Of a DNA stretch of 64,000 nucleotides, positions 32,446 through 43,935 are shown one piece after another. The stretch is from NCBI GenBank assembly GCA_963674755.2, contig CAXXVS010000001.1:672001-736000 (forward strand), in the 5' to 3' direction. The position numbers and the translations under genes are program-made. Under the pieces are notes generated by a model. The model saw only the letters and a program-made list of their open reading frames with translations. It searched no databases and had not been told where the DNA came from. Every line of letters starts with the position of its first letter. Position 1 is the first letter of the stretch. Origin of the DNA: Desulfobacterales bacterium (lineage in GTDB: Bacteria > Desulfobacterota > Desulfobacteria > Desulfobacterales > UBA5852).

Positions 32446-33924
32446 TTATTTGGTTTTCTTGAAATCGATATACCCCTTCTGCACATCCGTACGAACAAGT
32501 TGCACCTTGAGCCGCTGGCCCACATCGACGCCTTCAAACCCATCGAGCAGCCGGCCTTCGATGGGTGGCTGAAATATGCGGACCCAGGTTCCTTTTCGGG
32601 CGGCACCTGTGCAGATGGCGTCGAACCGTTCTCCAATCCTCGAGGAGAGCAGCATGGCCGCCGCGGATTTCGCAACGCGTCGCTCGACTTTGTTGGCATC
32701 ATTTTCCTTCTGGGTGCAGTGAAGGGCCAGTTCCGTCAATTCGTCCCGGCTGTAAGGCGAATGCGCCCTCTCGATGGCGGCCTTCAGGATGCGCTGGGTG
32801 ATCAGATCCGGGAACCGGCGGTTGGGCGCCGTCGAGTGGGTGTAGTCCTTGACGGCCAGGCCAAAGTGGCCGGGGGTTTCCTCGTTCGGCGCTTCGACGA
32901 CATATTCGCCCGGTCCGAGCAATTTGATGACGGCCAGCGACAGGTCGGGAAAGCGGAGCGGGTCGGCGGCTTTCCGCGCGGCCAAAAACCCCTCGAGCGA
33001 CTTGGAATCCGGCTGCGACGGAAGCTTGTATGCGTGCTGGGCCGCGATTTCGACGATTCTGTCCCAGCGCTTGGGAGAGCGGACCATGCGCCGCAAGGCG
33101 GCGACCTTCTTACCGTGGAGGAAACGCGCGGTCACGCCGTTGGCTGCAATCATAAAATCCTCGATGATCTCTTTGGCCCGGTTGCGCTCCTCCGCCCGCA
33201 GATCCTGGATTTCGTTTCCGGCAAAGACAGGGCGGGCTTCGCGTGTTTCCAGGTCCAGGGCCCCGTGGGCATGCCGCAGGCCTTTCAACTGTTGGGCCGC
33301 CCGGTCCTGGAGCCGGAGATTATCGGCCAGTCCCGGCACGGCCGCCACGGCTGCCGGCATGGAACCTTTGCCTTCCAGCCAGGCGGCCACGCTGTCATAG
33401 GCGAGCTTGGCCTGGTTGCGCACCCGGGCGCGAAAGATCGTCGCGTCCTGCAGCACACCCCCGTCGTCCATCACCATTTCGATGACCATGGCCGGGCGGT
33501 CCTGATGGTAATTGAGCGAGGTAAGGTCCGTAGAGAGCTTCTCCGGCAGCATGGGAAATATCCCGCCGGCGGTGTAAACCGAGGTCGTATTGTGGCGGGC
33601 ATGCGCATCGATGGCCGAGTTCTTGCTAACGAGATCGCCCACGTCGGCGATGGCCACCAACACTTTTATCTGGTTATCCGCTGATAGAACTTCGGCCACG
33701 GTCAATTGGTCCAGATCCAGAGAATCATCATTGTCAATGGATGACCAGAGCAGGTGGCGCAGGTCTATCCCGGCGGGTTCCGCCCCACGACCGCCGCTCC
33801 GGACGGTCTCCAGTTCGCCGAGGGCCTCCCTTGAGAAATCAGGCCGAAAGCCATATTCCTGCATGGCCCGGCGGGCGATCTCTTCCAGGACACCTTTTCG
33901 TCTCGCGTTCGACTGAGTTGCCAT
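32446..33924 (-). CDS. RNB-domain (RNase II/R family) ribonuclease
   Basis: SIDNDDSLDLDQ, IEDFMIAAN, HSTAPNRRFPDL. Confidence 0.9.
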   Translation of the reverse strand: MATQSNARRKGVLEEIARRAMQEYGFRPDFSREALGELETVRSGGRGAEPAGIDLRHLLWSSIDNDDSLDLDQLTVAEVLSADNQIKVLVAIADVGDLVSKNSAIDAHARHNTTSVYTAGGIFPMLPEKLSTDLTSLNYHQDRPAMVIEMVMDDGGVLQDATIFRARVRNQAKLAYDSVAAWLEGKGSMPAAVAAVPGLADNLRLQDRAAQQLKGLRHAHGALDLETREARPVFAGNEIQDLRAEERNRAKEIIEDFMIAANGVTARFLHGKKVAALRRMVRSPKRWDRIVEIAAQHAYKLPSQPDSKSLEGFLAARKAADPLRFPDLSLAVIKLLGPGEYVVEAPNEETPGHFGLAVKDYTHSTAPNRRFPDLITQRILKAAIERAHSPYSRDELTELALHCTQKENDANKVERRVAKSAAAMLLSSRIGERFDAICTGAARKGTWVRIFQPPIEGRLLDGFEGVDVGQRLKVQLVRTDVQKGYIDFKKTK

Positions 33925-33973
33925 ACGCCACCTTCTCTTTTAAAGTCTCTTTCCTGTTACAGACCGCGTTCGC

Positions 33974-34288
33974 CTATTTCACGATCAGATCGTTCTTGAC
34001 GGATTGGACCCCCTTGACGCTAGACGCGATTTGGCCGGCCTTATCAACGGCCTGCCGGGAATTGACAAAGCCGCTCAGTTGAACGATGCCCTTGTAGGTC
34101 TCGACACCGATCTGGAAGGACTTGAGAAAATCATCTTCCGCCAGCAGGGATTTGACCTTGGTCGTGATGACCGAATCGTCCACGTATTCCCCCGTGCTTT
34201 CCTTTTTGGAGGTCGATGCGCAGGCCATCAAGGCGGCCACAAACATGATGAGTACCCAATAGCCCACAACCCTACGTTTCGTTTTCAT
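33974..34288 (-). CDS. BON-domain (OsmY-like) lipoprotein
   Basis: LMAC lipobox; DDSVITTKVK...VQLSGFV...GVQSVKNDL. Confidence 0.92.
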   Translation of the reverse strand: MKTKRRVVGYWVLIMFVAALMACASTSKKESTGEYVDDSVITTKVKSLLAEDDFLKSFQIGVETYKGIVQLSGFVNSRQAVDKAGQIASSVKGVQSVKNDLIVK

Positions 34289-34305
34289 AGCCGTTACTCC
34301 TTTTT

Positions 34306-34527
34306 CTAATGGTTTTTCTCCGATGGTATTGGCTTGATTTTACGGAAACTGCCGTGCAGCAACCAGCCCAGGAGAATACCGATGGATAAAATCAGGAACA
34401 TCAGTAAGGCCCTGGACATCGACAGTGTCCAGAATAAAAACGTCAGTTCCATGGTGGTGACATTCTGGAGAATGAATAAGGCGACCACGGCAGCCAGAAT
34501 CAATCCAATTATGTGTTTAAAACGCAT
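34306..34527 (-). CDS. LapA/DUF1049-family small membrane protein
   Basis: LFILQN...FLFW...GILLGWL. Confidence 0.8.
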   Translation of the reverse strand: MRFKHIIGLILAAVVALFILQNVTTMELTFLFWTLSMSRALLMFLILSIGILLGWLLHGSFRKIKPIPSEKNH

Positions 34528-34548
34528 CGCAAGTCCTCCCCATTCAAC

Positions 34549-34725
34549 CTATTCTTTTATGCGCGAAGCATAGCAAATGGGACGATGTTTCCCTTCCCGC
34601 GGTTCTTCCGTATAGAATGGTTGGTTTCCTAATGGATCCTTTCCCTCGACACGGTTCGATTCGAATGCCGTTTCGATCAGTCCCCTGACATAGGTCTGAA
34701 CATCATCTTTCAGGATATTCGCCAT
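34549..34725 (-). CDS. small hypothetical protein (58 aa, not in ORF track)
   Basis: AGGAGG RBS; MANILKDDVQTY...RIKE* fills the ftsH-lapA gap. Confidence 0.45.
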   Translation of the reverse strand: MANILKDDVQTYVRGLIETAFESNRVEGKDPLGNQPFYTEEPREGKHRPICYASRIKE

Positions 34726-34786
34726 GTGAGCCTCCTGTCATATTTACGCAAGGTAGAACGCTTTGCCGACGATCCACTTTCGATGA

Positions 34787-36685
34787 TCAGGCGGCAAGGG
34801 ACGGTGCGGCGGACGACAGCATCTTTCTGAGCTCGTCGCCCTGGACACTTTCCTGTTGGGAGAGGAGATGCGCCAGAGCATCGAGGACGGTGCGCCGCTC
34901 CGATAGGATCTTGCGCACCCGTTGATGGGCTTCATCGACGAACCGCGCGACCTCGTCATCGATCTGCGCGGCTTTGGCTTCGCTGTAGACCTTGCCGGTC
35001 GAAAAACTTTCGGGCAAAAACATCGGCTGGCGTGACCGTTCGTAGCTCACCAGGCCCATGGCATCGCTCATGCCATATTCCGTGACCATGGCCCGGGCAA
35101 TGTCCGAGGCGCGCTGCAGATCGTTCTGGGCGCCGGTTGATATTTCATTGAACACCAGTTCCTCCGCGACACGCCCTCCCAAGAGAACCGCCAGCCGGTC
35201 GAGCAGTTCCGAGCGGGTCAGCAGGTAGCGGTCTTCCGTGGGCTGCTGCTGGGTATAGCCGAGCGCCGCGATCCCACGCGGAATGATGGAAATTTTGTGC
35301 ACCGGGTCGGCATGTTCCACCGATTCGGCCACAATGGCATGTCCCGATTCGTGGAAGGCGACAATTTCTTTTTCCTGCGAATTCATCACCCGGTTCTTTT
35401 TCTGAAGACCGGCCACCACCCGATCGATGGCCTCGTCGAAATCCACTGCCTCGACCTGTTCCTTATTGTTGCGGGCCGCCAGCAAGGCCGCTTCATTGAT
35501 GATATTGGCCAGGTCCGCGCCGACAAAGCCCGGCGTGCGGCCGGCGATCCCGCGCAGGTCGACTTCCGGACCCAACAGAACATTTTGGGAATGGATTTTC
35601 AGGATGGCTTCCCGCCCATTGATGTCCGGGCGGTCCACCAGGACCTGCCGGTCTAAACGCCCCGGCCTCAACAGGGCCGGATCCAGAATTTCAGGCCGGT
35701 TGGTGGCGGCCATGATGATGACCCCTTGATTCGTTTCGAAGCCGTCCATCTCCACCAGCAGTTGGTTGAGCGTCTGCTCCCGTTCGTCATGCCCGCCCAT
35801 GACGTTCATTCCCCGGGCTTTGCCGAGGGCGTCCAGTTCGTCGATAAAGATGATACACGGCGCCTGAAGGGCAGCTTGCGCGAACAGATCGCGAACGCGG
35901 GCCGCTCCCACGCCGACAAACATTTCCACAAACTCGGACCCGCTGATGCTGAAGAACGGTACCTGGGCTTCACCGGCCACGGCTTTTGCCAGCAGCGTTT
36001 TCCCGGTTCCCGGCGGACCGACCAGAAGGACCCCTTTGGGAATCCTGCCCCCCAATTTCTGGAATTTTTCCGGCGTCTTTAGAAATTCGACCACTTCCTG
36101 GAGTTCTTCTTTGGCCTCATCGATACCCGCCACATCATCGAACGAAACCCTGGTATCGGTCTGTGCGAAGATTTTGGCTTTGCTCTTGCTGAAAGACATG
36201 ACTCCCATTCCCGGCCCCATCTTTTTCATGGCAAATCGCCAAAGCAGAAAAAATATGCCCAGGGGCAGAACCCATCCGAGAAGGCCGTTCAAAAATTTGC
36301 TTTCATATCGTCCCGAATAGCTGACTTTGCGTTCATCGAGGACTTTGACCAGGTCGGGATCGTTCACACGGACCGTTGTAAACTCACGCGCAGGGGTACC
36401 TTTCAGGGTCCCCCTGATATTGTCGGGGCCGATGGTCACCTTGTCGACGGTGGCTTCATCGAGGTATTGTTTAAATTGGCTGTAGGGAATGGTCTCCACT
36501 TTGCCGGAGAAGAGATATTGCTGCATATACACGATAAAAAGCATGGTGATGAGAAAATACCAGATGCTGAAACGCGCTTTGGGCGGCAGCGCCCCCCCAG
36601 TGTTTTTAGGGGCACTGGAAACGAAGAGGGATCGAAGCTTCCCCGTCAGGTTGTCCAAAAGCTCTTTTTTCTTGTCATTTGCCAT
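34787..36685 (-). CDS. ftsH: ATP-dependent zinc metalloprotease FtsH (additional paralogue)
   Basis: GPPGTGKT Walker A, IIFIDE Walker B, SRH, HESGH. Confidence 0.95.
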   Translation of the reverse strand: MANDKKKELLDNLTGKLRSLFVSSAPKNTGGALPPKARFSIWYFLITMLFIVYMQQYLFSGKVETIPYSQFKQYLDEATVDKVTIGPDNIRGTLKGTPAREFTTVRVNDPDLVKVLDERKVSYSGRYESKFLNGLLGWVLPLGIFFLLWRFAMKKMGPGMGVMSFSKSKAKIFAQTDTRVSFDDVAGIDEAKEELQEVVEFLKTPEKFQKLGGRIPKGVLLVGPPGTGKTLLAKAVAGEAQVPFFSISGSEFVEMFVGVGAARVRDLFAQAALQAPCIIFIDELDALGKARGMNVMGGHDEREQTLNQLLVEMDGFETNQGVIIMAATNRPEILDPALLRPGRLDRQVLVDRPDINGREAILKIHSQNVLLGPEVDLRGIAGRTPGFVGADLANIINEAALLAARNNKEQVEAVDFDEAIDRVVAGLQKKNRVMNSQEKEIVAFHESGHAIVAESVEHADPVHKISIIPRGIAALGYTQQQPTEDRYLLTRSELLDRLAVLLGGRVAEELVFNEISTGAQNDLQRASDIARAMVTEYGMSDAMGLVSYERSRQPMFLPESFSTGKVYSEAKAAQIDDEVARFVDEAHQRVRKILSERRTVLDALAHLLSQQESVQGDELRKMLSSAAPSLAA

Positions 36686-36730
36686 TTTCGATTACCCTCT
36701 TTGAGCTGCGATACGCTGCTATCTGTAAGT

Positions 36731-36745
36731 ACAATCTTTATGCCA
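36731..36745 (-). promoter_or_regulatory. sigma54-type -24/-12 promoter 3
   Basis: Minus strand TGGCAT-AAAGA-TTGT; 102 bp from palindrome 3; upstream of ftsH. Confidence 0.75.
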
Positions 36746-36845
36746 GGCTTCTATATCTCGCCTTAGCATTAGCCATCATATTGAATTAATGTGCTATTTG
36801 GATTTTATAGCAATCCTGCGCGGACATGGGCGGGCATGCAAAATA

Positions 36846-36876
36846 GGTCATATATGGCCGGTGACCATATATGACC
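36846..36876. promoter_or_regulatory. tandem palindromic operator/UAS 3
   Basis: GGTCATATATGGCC-GGT-GACCATATATGACC. Confidence 0.8.
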
Positions 36877-37158
36877 TTTTGTGTGGCTTGTTTCGTTACG
36901 GCCGTCCACCCGTCTCATCCAAAAAGAGAGGTATCGTCGGCGATTTCGAGGCGCCGTCGTCGCCTTCCGATGGCGGGTTACCGTTAGCATTTTTCGGCGG
37001 CAATGCCGATAATGCGGGCACCGGGGGTGAGGCAGGCCGGAGGGAGCGCGCCTTCCAGCCTGCCCGATAATGTGCCGTCTCATCGAGTGAATGCTACTGT
37101 TGCTGGAGGGCGTTTTGGGCGCCCTAAAAAAGATCGACAGGTTAATATCGATCGCATC

Positions 37159-37395
37159 TCATCGATTCGAGCGGTAGCATCTTCCTAACGAAGATATTAC
37201 CGCGTCCATCCGAAATTCAATTTCACGGTACCTGTCCGACGACATTGAAACGAAGTCTTCGGGTCTTGCGGTGAAATCCGTCAAAAACTCGGCAAGGTCC
37301 GGATCAATGCCGATGCGTCGGAAAAATTCGGCTTTCGAACCGGCGCTTTTCCGCTCTCCATGGATGCCACTGTCCCGGGTTGCCATCGGGTTCAT
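37159..37395 (-). CDS. hypothetical protein
   Basis: GGGAG-preceded ATG; co-oriented; no recognisable domain. Confidence 0.4.
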   Translation of the reverse strand: MNPMATRDSGIHGERKSAGSKAEFFRRIGIDPDLAEFLTDFTARPEDFVSMSSDRYREIEFRMDAVISSLGRCYRSNR

Positions 37396-37415
37396 CTCCC
37401 TGCGGTGATTGTTTT

Positions 37416-37626
<211 letters not shown>

Positions 37627-38595
37627 TCATCGGCCATACTTTTCTCCGGGGCGCGCCTGCTTGATATATTGATAGAAGTCGCTGTCCGTGGTCAGAATCA
37701 ACACGGAGTTCGAATTGGTCTTTTCCTTGTAGCTTTCAAGGGTGCGTAAAAAAGCATAGAATTCTGGGTTTTTATTGAAAGCCTGGCCGTAGATTTGCGT
37801 CGCCTCAGCGTCGGCCTGGCCTTGAACTTCCTGCACCCGACGGTAAGCGGTGGAGCGGATCTGGCGCAGTTCTTTTTCCATTGTACCGAGGATCTCGGCG
37901 CTGCGCCCCTCGCCTTCAGAGCGAAACTGTGCGGCGATCCGTTTGCGCTCGGAGATCATGCGCGCGTAGACCTTCTCGCGGACGCTTTCCACGTAGTCGA
38001 GACGCTTGATGCGCACGTCCACCAGTTCGATGCCGTATTGCGGGATGATCTTTCGTGCTTCCGTCAGTATCGTTCGGGTGATCTCCTCCCGGCCGCGGGC
38101 AATCTTCCTTTTAAGCTCCTCCTCGCGCTCCTTGGGGATCTCCTTGAGGGCTTCGTCCTCAGGCACTTCCCACGATGCACTGCGCACGAGTTCAACGAGT
38201 TCGCTGCTTGAAACCTGGTCGCGCACCACCGAATCGAGAATATCGTTCAGGCGCGACTGGGCCCCTTCTTCGCTGGCCACATTCTCCAGAAATTTTTTCG
38301 CGTCGGCAATCCGCCATCGGGCGGTGGTGTCCACCCAGATGAACTCGCGTCCTTTGGTGGGAACCTGGTTCGGATCACCGTCCCAGACCAGCAGACGCTT
38401 TTCGAATCGCCGGACCTCCTGTACAAAGGGCAGTTTCATGTGCAGCCCGGCCTCGGTTACCGTTTCCCCAACAGGCCGGCCAAACTGCACGACAATGGCC
38501 TGCTGACCCTCCTCCAATGTATATAGACCGCCATAGACTATGACAACGATCACCACAGCTATCGCGAGGATGACTGCTTTCAAGGTAAACTTCAT
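37627..38595 (-). CDS. hflC: FtsH modulator HflC
   Basis: SPFH domain; RMISERKRIAAQFRSEG, PEFYAFLRTLESY. Confidence 0.92.
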   Translation of the reverse strand: MKFTLKAVILAIAVVIVVIVYGGLYTLEEGQQAIVVQFGRPVGETVTEAGLHMKLPFVQEVRRFEKRLLVWDGDPNQVPTKGREFIWVDTTARWRIADAKKFLENVASEEGAQSRLNDILDSVVRDQVSSSELVELVRSASWEVPEDEALKEIPKEREEELKRKIARGREEITRTILTEARKIIPQYGIELVDVRIKRLDYVESVREKVYARMISERKRIAAQFRSEGEGRSAEILGTMEKELRQIRSTAYRRVQEVQGQADAEATQIYGQAFNKNPEFYAFLRTLESYKEKTNSNSVLILTTDSDFYQYIKQARPGEKYGR

Positions 38596-39641
38596 GGCTG
38601 CCTCCCTTGTGCTGAAGGTTGCCCACTGGACTCCAAGGGGAGCCAGGGCACCATGGCCTTCTGGTCCGAATCCACGATATAGAGCCCTTTCATGTCTGAC
38701 AGGAAACCGGTCATGGCCTCCAGATACAGGCGCCGGCGCGTAACCTGCGGCGCCTGTTCGTATTGTCCTAAAATGGCCTCAAAACGGGTGGCCTCGCCTT
38801 GGGCCCGGTTCACGCGTTCCAAGGCATACCCTTCGGCCTCGCTGATGCTTTGTGTCGCCACCCCTCTGGCTTTGGGGATTTCCCGGTTGGCCTGTTCCTG
38901 GGCTTTATTGATCGTTTGCTCTTTGTCCTGACGCGACTCGTTGACTTCATTAAAGGCCGGTTTTACGGTATCCGGCGGGGTTACATCCTGAAGTTCTACG
39001 GTAACCAGACGCACTCCGGACTCATAGGCTGACAGGATTTTCTGGATTTCGGTTTTGGCTTCACTGGCCACCGCCACCCGGCCGGTGGTTAGCACATCGC
39101 TGCCCAGACGGTTGCCGACCGCGCGGCGCATGACCGCCTCGGCCGTGTCGCGGATTGTTTTCGATGTGTCGCGGACTTGAAACAGGTAGCGGATCGGGTC
39201 TTCGATGCGGTACTGGACGATCCACTGAACATCGATAACGTTCAAATCCCCGGTGAGCATCAGCGACTCGTCCTTGTAGTTGCCGCGCGTATCATAGCGG
39301 GTCTTTTCACCGGGAACGGTGGACACCGCGACCGTCCGAAACCCGAACTCCTCTTTGAGCACGCGAGCCGTGGGCAGCAGACGGACCTTTTCGATACCAT
39401 AAGGCAATTTGAAATGCAGTCCCGGACCGGCCGTGCGCATGACCTTGCCGAAGCGCTGTACAATGCCCGTTTCCTCCGGTTGGACGGTGAACCATGCCGT
39501 CCATAAGACCACCACCACAACACCGGCGACAAGAATGAGAACCGGAGCGCCTTTGAATCTTTCAAACTGGTGTCGAAGGTTTTTCAGCACGTCATCCAAA
39601 GACGGCGGTGATCCTCCTGGGGGTTGATTCATTTGAGTCAT
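38592..39641 (-). CDS. hflK: FtsH modulator HflK
   Basis: ESLMLTGDLN, AFNEVNES, APQVTRRRLYLEAM. Confidence 0.92.
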   Translation of the reverse strand: MTQMNQPPGGSPPSLDDVLKNLRHQFERFKGAPVLILVAGVVVVVLWTAWFTVQPEETGIVQRFGKVMRTAGPGLHFKLPYGIEKVRLLPTARVLKEEFGFRTVAVSTVPGEKTRYDTRGNYKDESLMLTGDLNVIDVQWIVQYRIEDPIRYLFQVRDTSKTIRDTAEAVMRRAVGNRLGSDVLTTGRVAVASEAKTEIQKILSAYESGVRLVTVELQDVTPPDTVKPAFNEVNESRQDKEQTINKAQEQANREIPKARGVATQSISEAEGYALERVNRAQGEATRFEAILGQYEQAPQVTRRRLYLEAMTGFLSDMKGLYIVDSDQKAMVPWLPLESSGQPSAQGRQP

Positions 39642-39703
39642 GCCTTACCTCCTGTAGTATTCCTTATGGGTAGCGTGCCTTGCTGACGATTCTGTTTCGA
39701 TGA

Positions 39704-40361
39704 TCAGGCGGCGAGGGGCGGTGCGGCGGACGACAGGGTTATTCTGAACTCGTCGCCCTGGTCACGCTCCTGTCGGGAGCGGAGATGCGCCAGAGCATCG
39801 AGAACGGTGTGTCGCTCCGATAGGATCTTGCGCACGCGCTGGTGGGTTTCATCGACGAACCGCGCAACTTCATCATCGAATCGCGCGGCGTTGGCTTCGC
39901 TGTAAACGTTGCCGTTGGAAAAACTTTCGGGCAAAAACATCGGCTGGCGCGATCGTTCGCAGCTCACCCGGCCTATGGCTTCGCTCATGCCCTATGCCGT
40001 GACCGTGGCCCGGACAATGTCCGAGGCGCGCTGCCGATCGTTCTGGGCGCCGGTTGAAATTTCATTGAACACCAGCTCCTCCGCGACACGCCCTCCCAAA
40101 AGGACGGCCAGCCGGTCGGCCAGTTCCGAACGGGTCAGGAGGTAACCTTCTTCCGTGGGCTGCTGCTGGGTATAAGCGAAGGCCGCGATCCCGCGCGGAA
40201 TGATGGCGATTTTGTGCACCGGGTCGGCATGTTCCACCGATTCGGCCGCAATGGCATGTCCCGACTCGTGAAAGGCGACAATTTCTTTTTCCTGCGAATT
40301 CATCACCCGGTTCTTTTTCTGAAAACCGGCCGCCCCCCGGTCGATGGCTGCGTCGAAATCC
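39704..40361 (-). pseudogene. ftsH: duplicated 3' third of ftsH with an in-frame stop
   Basis: Close paralogue of ~34787-35445; HESGH retained; TAG after ...VTA. Confidence 0.88.
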
Positions 40362-40377
40362 TCCCCAAATATCGTCT

Positions 40378-40680
40378 TTACCCGCCAACCTCACCAGGCG
40401 AAAGTTCACGCCAGGCGCGGTCGACACTGCTCCCAATGGTACCGAATAGATCATCGATTTCGTTTTTAAGCGGTGACCAGTCCGATGGGCATTCCGTTTC
40501 CAGCTGTTGAACCCTCATCTGGGCGCTGGTGACCTCCTGCTCAAGTTGGCCAACAAGCGGCAAAATTTTTTCTTTTTGTTCGGTGCCATAACTGTCCGCA
40601 ACCTTTTTCATTGCTTCAAGTTTCTCTTTCCAGGCGCTAACCTCAGCATGCATCGCTTTACAATAATCCTGTACTTTCAT
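40378..40680 (-). CDS. hypothetical coiled-coil protein
   Basis: AGGGAG RBS; first gene after promoter 4; DYC...ECPSDWSP. Confidence 0.75.
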   Translation of the reverse strand: MKVQDYCKAMHAEVSAWKEKLEAMKKVADSYGTEQKEKILPLVGQLEQEVTSAQMRVQQLETECPSDWSPLKNEIDDLFGTIGSSVDRAWRELSPGEVGG

Positions 40681-40797
40681 GATCGCTCCCTTTTTGTTGT
40701 CGGTTTTAATTGTACCGTGAATAAAGCCATATCTCCTGCACCCACGGTGTCACTCGTCCGATGCTTCACCTTGCAGCTGACGCAACTACACATAAAT

Positions 40798-40812
40798 ACA
40801 ATCTCTGTGCCA
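40798..40812 (-). promoter_or_regulatory. sigma54-type -24/-12 promoter 4
   Basis: Minus strand TGGCAC-AGAGA-TTGT; 102 bp from palindrome 4. Confidence 0.75.
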
Positions 40813-40912
40813 GCCTTCAAAAATATGCCTCCGTATTTTTTATCCTATTGGATTAATGTAGTATTTAAGCTTTTTGCGGACCCTGCACCGGCATAGGCGG
40901 GCAAGCTAAAAG

Positions 40913-40943
40913 GATCATATGTGACCAGTGGTCACATATGGCC
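40913..40943. promoter_or_regulatory. tandem palindromic operator/UAS 4
   Basis: GATCATATGTGACC-AGT-GGTCACATATGGCC. Confidence 0.75.
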
Positions 40944-41075
40944 CGGTTTTCAGCGCATTCGCCATGGGATCGATGGCAGGCAATCAATAGGAAGCCGCTG
41001 TCAAATGGCGGAGAGGGGTGTGAGGCGTCTAACCTTTGGAGCGCGTATTGTTCGGATTGGGATAAGGGAGGGATT

Positions 41076-42557
41076 TTATGGTTTGCGGATATCGAGCTTG
41101 CGCATGCGGGCGCGCAAGGTACTGCGATTCAGTCCCAAAATCTCCGCCGCACTGTTTTCCCCGCTCACTTTCCAGCGGGTTTGCTCAAGCACCCGGACAA
41201 TATACGCCCGTTCGACATCCGCCAGGCTTCTATTGGCGTTAGTCAAATCTTTGCTGGGCTGTTTCAGTTCATCCACCAGGTGCAGTTTGGGCCCCGAAGA
41301 ATTGATCACCGCGCGCTCGAGAACGTTTTCAAGCTCGCGGATATTCCCGGGCCAATGATAGCTCTCCAGCGCACTCATCACACTGACCGGAATCACCCTG
41401 ATGGATTTGCCGAGTCTTTTCGAAATTTTGTCGACGAAAAAATGAACCAGCAGCGGAATGTCTTCCCTGCGCGCTCTGAGGGGTGGCAGGGTGATCGGGA
41501 AAATATTGAGTCGGTACCAGAGATCCTCCCGGAACGTGCCCTTGCGCACCTCCGCCTCCAGATTGCGGTTGGTGGCGGCAATAATGCGAACATCGACCTT
41601 TATCGTTTCGGAACTGCCCAGGCGTTCGAACTCACCGGTTTCGATGACTTGCAGAAGCTTGGGCTGCAAATCCAGGGGCAGTTCGCCGATCTCATCCAGG
41701 AACAGGGTGGTGCCGTTGGCAACCTCGAACCGCCCCAACCGTCGGGAATGGGCATTGGTGAAGGCCCCTTTCTCATGGCCGAAAAGTTCGCTTTCAATCA
41801 GATTCGAAGGCAACGCGGCACAATTCATTTTAACCAGGGCGCGATCCTTACGCTGGCTCAAGCCATGAATGGCCCGCGCCACCAGTTCCTTGCCGGTTCC
41901 GGTTTCGCCGAGAACGAGGACATTGGTATCCGAGGACGCGATCTGCTCGACCTTGTAAAACACATATTTTATTTCATCGCTGCGGCCGATAATATTCTCG
42001 TGGTTAAATTCCAGTTTGATTTCTTCTTGCAAATAGGCGCGTTCGGCTTCGAGCTGGTCCTTTAATTGCCGTATTTCTTCCAGCGCGTTTTCAGCCGTCT
42101 GCTTGCTGTTTTCAGCCTCTTGCTTTGCGGCGATGAGTTCGGCTGTCCGTGTTTCGACCATTTCTTCAAGATTTTTACGGTAGTATTCGCGTTCGGTAAC
42201 ATCCTCGACGGCCAAAAGAATCAGCTGCGTTTGGTTTTCGTTACGATATATCCGCCGGGCATTCAGATGCATGATCTTGGGGCCGATCGTCTCAAAGTTG
42301 TGTTCCACTTCAAAATCATTGAAAGTGGTGTTCTGCGGAAGGATGTCTTCAAGCAATTCCCTCAGTTTGGGAATATCCCATTGCCGGTTGCCCAGTTCAT
42401 ATATCAGCACCCCTTCGGTGTTCTCGGGAGACGCGTTAAAGGTGCGGTAAAATGAATCGTTGGCCTTCACAACGATCAGATCGGCGTCAAGCACCAGCAA
42501 TGGCTCGCGAATCGAATCCACGATGTTGGCAAAAAGTTTAAGAAAGGCGTTTTTCAT
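41076..42557 (-). CDS. PAS-domain sigma54-dependent Fis-family activator (bEBP)
   Basis: GETGTGKE, ELFGHEKGAFTNA, LFLDEIG, WPGNIRELEN, C-terminal HTH; no receiver domain. Confidence 0.93.
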   Translation of the reverse strand: MKNAFLKLFANIVDSIREPLLVLDADLIVVKANDSFYRTFNASPENTEGVLIYELGNRQWDIPKLRELLEDILPQNTTFNDFEVEHNFETIGPKIMHLNARRIYRNENQTQLILLAVEDVTEREYYRKNLEEMVETRTAELIAAKQEAENSKQTAENALEEIRQLKDQLEAERAYLQEEIKLEFNHENIIGRSDEIKYVFYKVEQIASSDTNVLVLGETGTGKELVARAIHGLSQRKDRALVKMNCAALPSNLIESELFGHEKGAFTNAHSRRLGRFEVANGTTLFLDEIGELPLDLQPKLLQVIETGEFERLGSSETIKVDVRIIAATNRNLEAEVRKGTFREDLWYRLNIFPITLPPLRARREDIPLLVHFFVDKISKRLGKSIRVIPVSVMSALESYHWPGNIRELENVLERAVINSSGPKLHLVDELKQPSKDLTNANRSLADVERAYIVRVLEQTRWKVSGENSAAEILGLNRSTLRARMRKLDIRKP

Positions 42558-42655
42558 CTAATTAACCAGAAGGCCAGCCGCCAAATACCGGGGCCGGCCT
42601 TTGTCCGATCGTTATCGATAGGGCGTGGATAGCGCTCTATCGCTGGAGACAAAGC

Positions 42656-42826
42656 TTATATAGTTCCCTGTCCCGTGCTTTGGCGTTGGATTTTCTCGAT
42701 CATCTGATTGATGACATGGCTGTGCTCATGCTGAGGCCTGAACATGATAATATTCGCATCGGCATCAACTTTTAGATTGTGTCCTGGCGGCCCGTAAAAC
42801 AGATCATTATCTTTGGCCATCCGCAT
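42656..42826 (-). pseudogene. possible cupin-like C-terminal remnant
   Basis: Manual translation ..NDLFYGPPGHNLKVDADANIIMFRPQHEH.. Confidence 0.35.
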
Positions 42827-43093
42827 GATCGTTTCTCTTCAGCCAATGGATACGGTGTGCTTGGTGGACTTCTTTCGCCGCATTCGTTCCGAACGACAGG
42901 TGTCTATTTTGACAGAAAATCAAGGCATCCGAGTTGACATTTGATATTGGGAAGGTAGGTTCAATACGGGGCCCACAGTATAGTCCTTTAATACTGGGGA
43001 TTGGTTGTATTTTTGTCAAGAATGAATTGGGGAAACGATATTCCGCAAAAGGTAACCCGTAACCCGTTCGGATGACAAGGGAAAGGACCCGTT

Positions 43094-43864
43094 TTGCAGA
43101 TTGACAAAACCAGCGATTACCACATGCACACCATTTATTCGGACGGCAAGGCGGATATCGATGTCATGGCCCGTTCAGCCATCGACAAAGGGCTGACGCA
43201 TATCACGATTACCGATCACATGCCCCTTCCCTTTGGTACCCGCTATGCCATGTCACGGGCCAAGGTCAAGGCCTACCGACGGGACATCCGGCAGGCCCAA
43301 ACCGCATACGATGGCCGCCTGACCATGACATCGGGGATCGAATTCGAATATATTCCCCGGTATCGTGAATGGATCCATGACATATGGGAAATGGGCTGGG
43401 ATCATTGCATCGTCTCGGTTCACCGGCTGATCGATGGCGATATCGCCGGCATGGTCAATGGAACGCGTGAGGAATTCGATGCTCTATTTCAGACGGGCAA
43501 GGGCGATATCGAGACTCTCTGCCGGATTTACTACGGGGTGATTCAAATGGCCTGCCGCACCGGCTGGTTCGATATTGCCGGGCACTTGGACGTTATCAAG
43601 AAACACAATGCCGGCGCCGTTTTCTTTGATGAATCCGATGCCTGGTATCGTGACCTGGTGATGGCGACCCTGAAGGTGATCAAGGCGCAGGGCATGACAA
43701 TGGAGATCAACACGGCCGGCATCAACCATCCCGTTGGCGCTCCCTACCCCAGTCCCTGGATCGTCCACGAAGCGGCCGGTATGGGCATTCCCCTGGTGCT
43801 GAGTTCCGATAGCCATGGCCCTGAAACCCTGGGGCAGTATTTCAACGCCGCTTCGATTTTGTGA
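43094..43864 (+). CDS. PHP-family histidinol-phosphatase (HisJ type)
   Basis: DYHMHT, ITDH, SVH, GHLD, EINTAG, SDSH. Confidence 0.85.
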   Translation: MQIDKTSDYHMHTIYSDGKADIDVMARSAIDKGLTHITITDHMPLPFGTRYAMSRAKVKAYRRDIRQAQTAYDGRLTMTSGIEFEYIPRYREWIHDIWEMGWDHCIVSVHRLIDGDIAGMVNGTREEFDALFQTGKGDIETLCRIYYGVIQMACRTGWFDIAGHLDVIKKHNAGAVFFDESDAWYRDLVMATLKVIKAQGMTMEINTAGINHPVGAPYPSPWIVHEAAGMGIPLVLSSDSHGPETLGQYFNAASIL

Positions 43865-43935
43865 TCATACGGCTTGGAAAGGTATGTCGGCCATGTCCGT
43901 GACGTAGACCAATTTATCGCCGGGGTTTATTCCGG

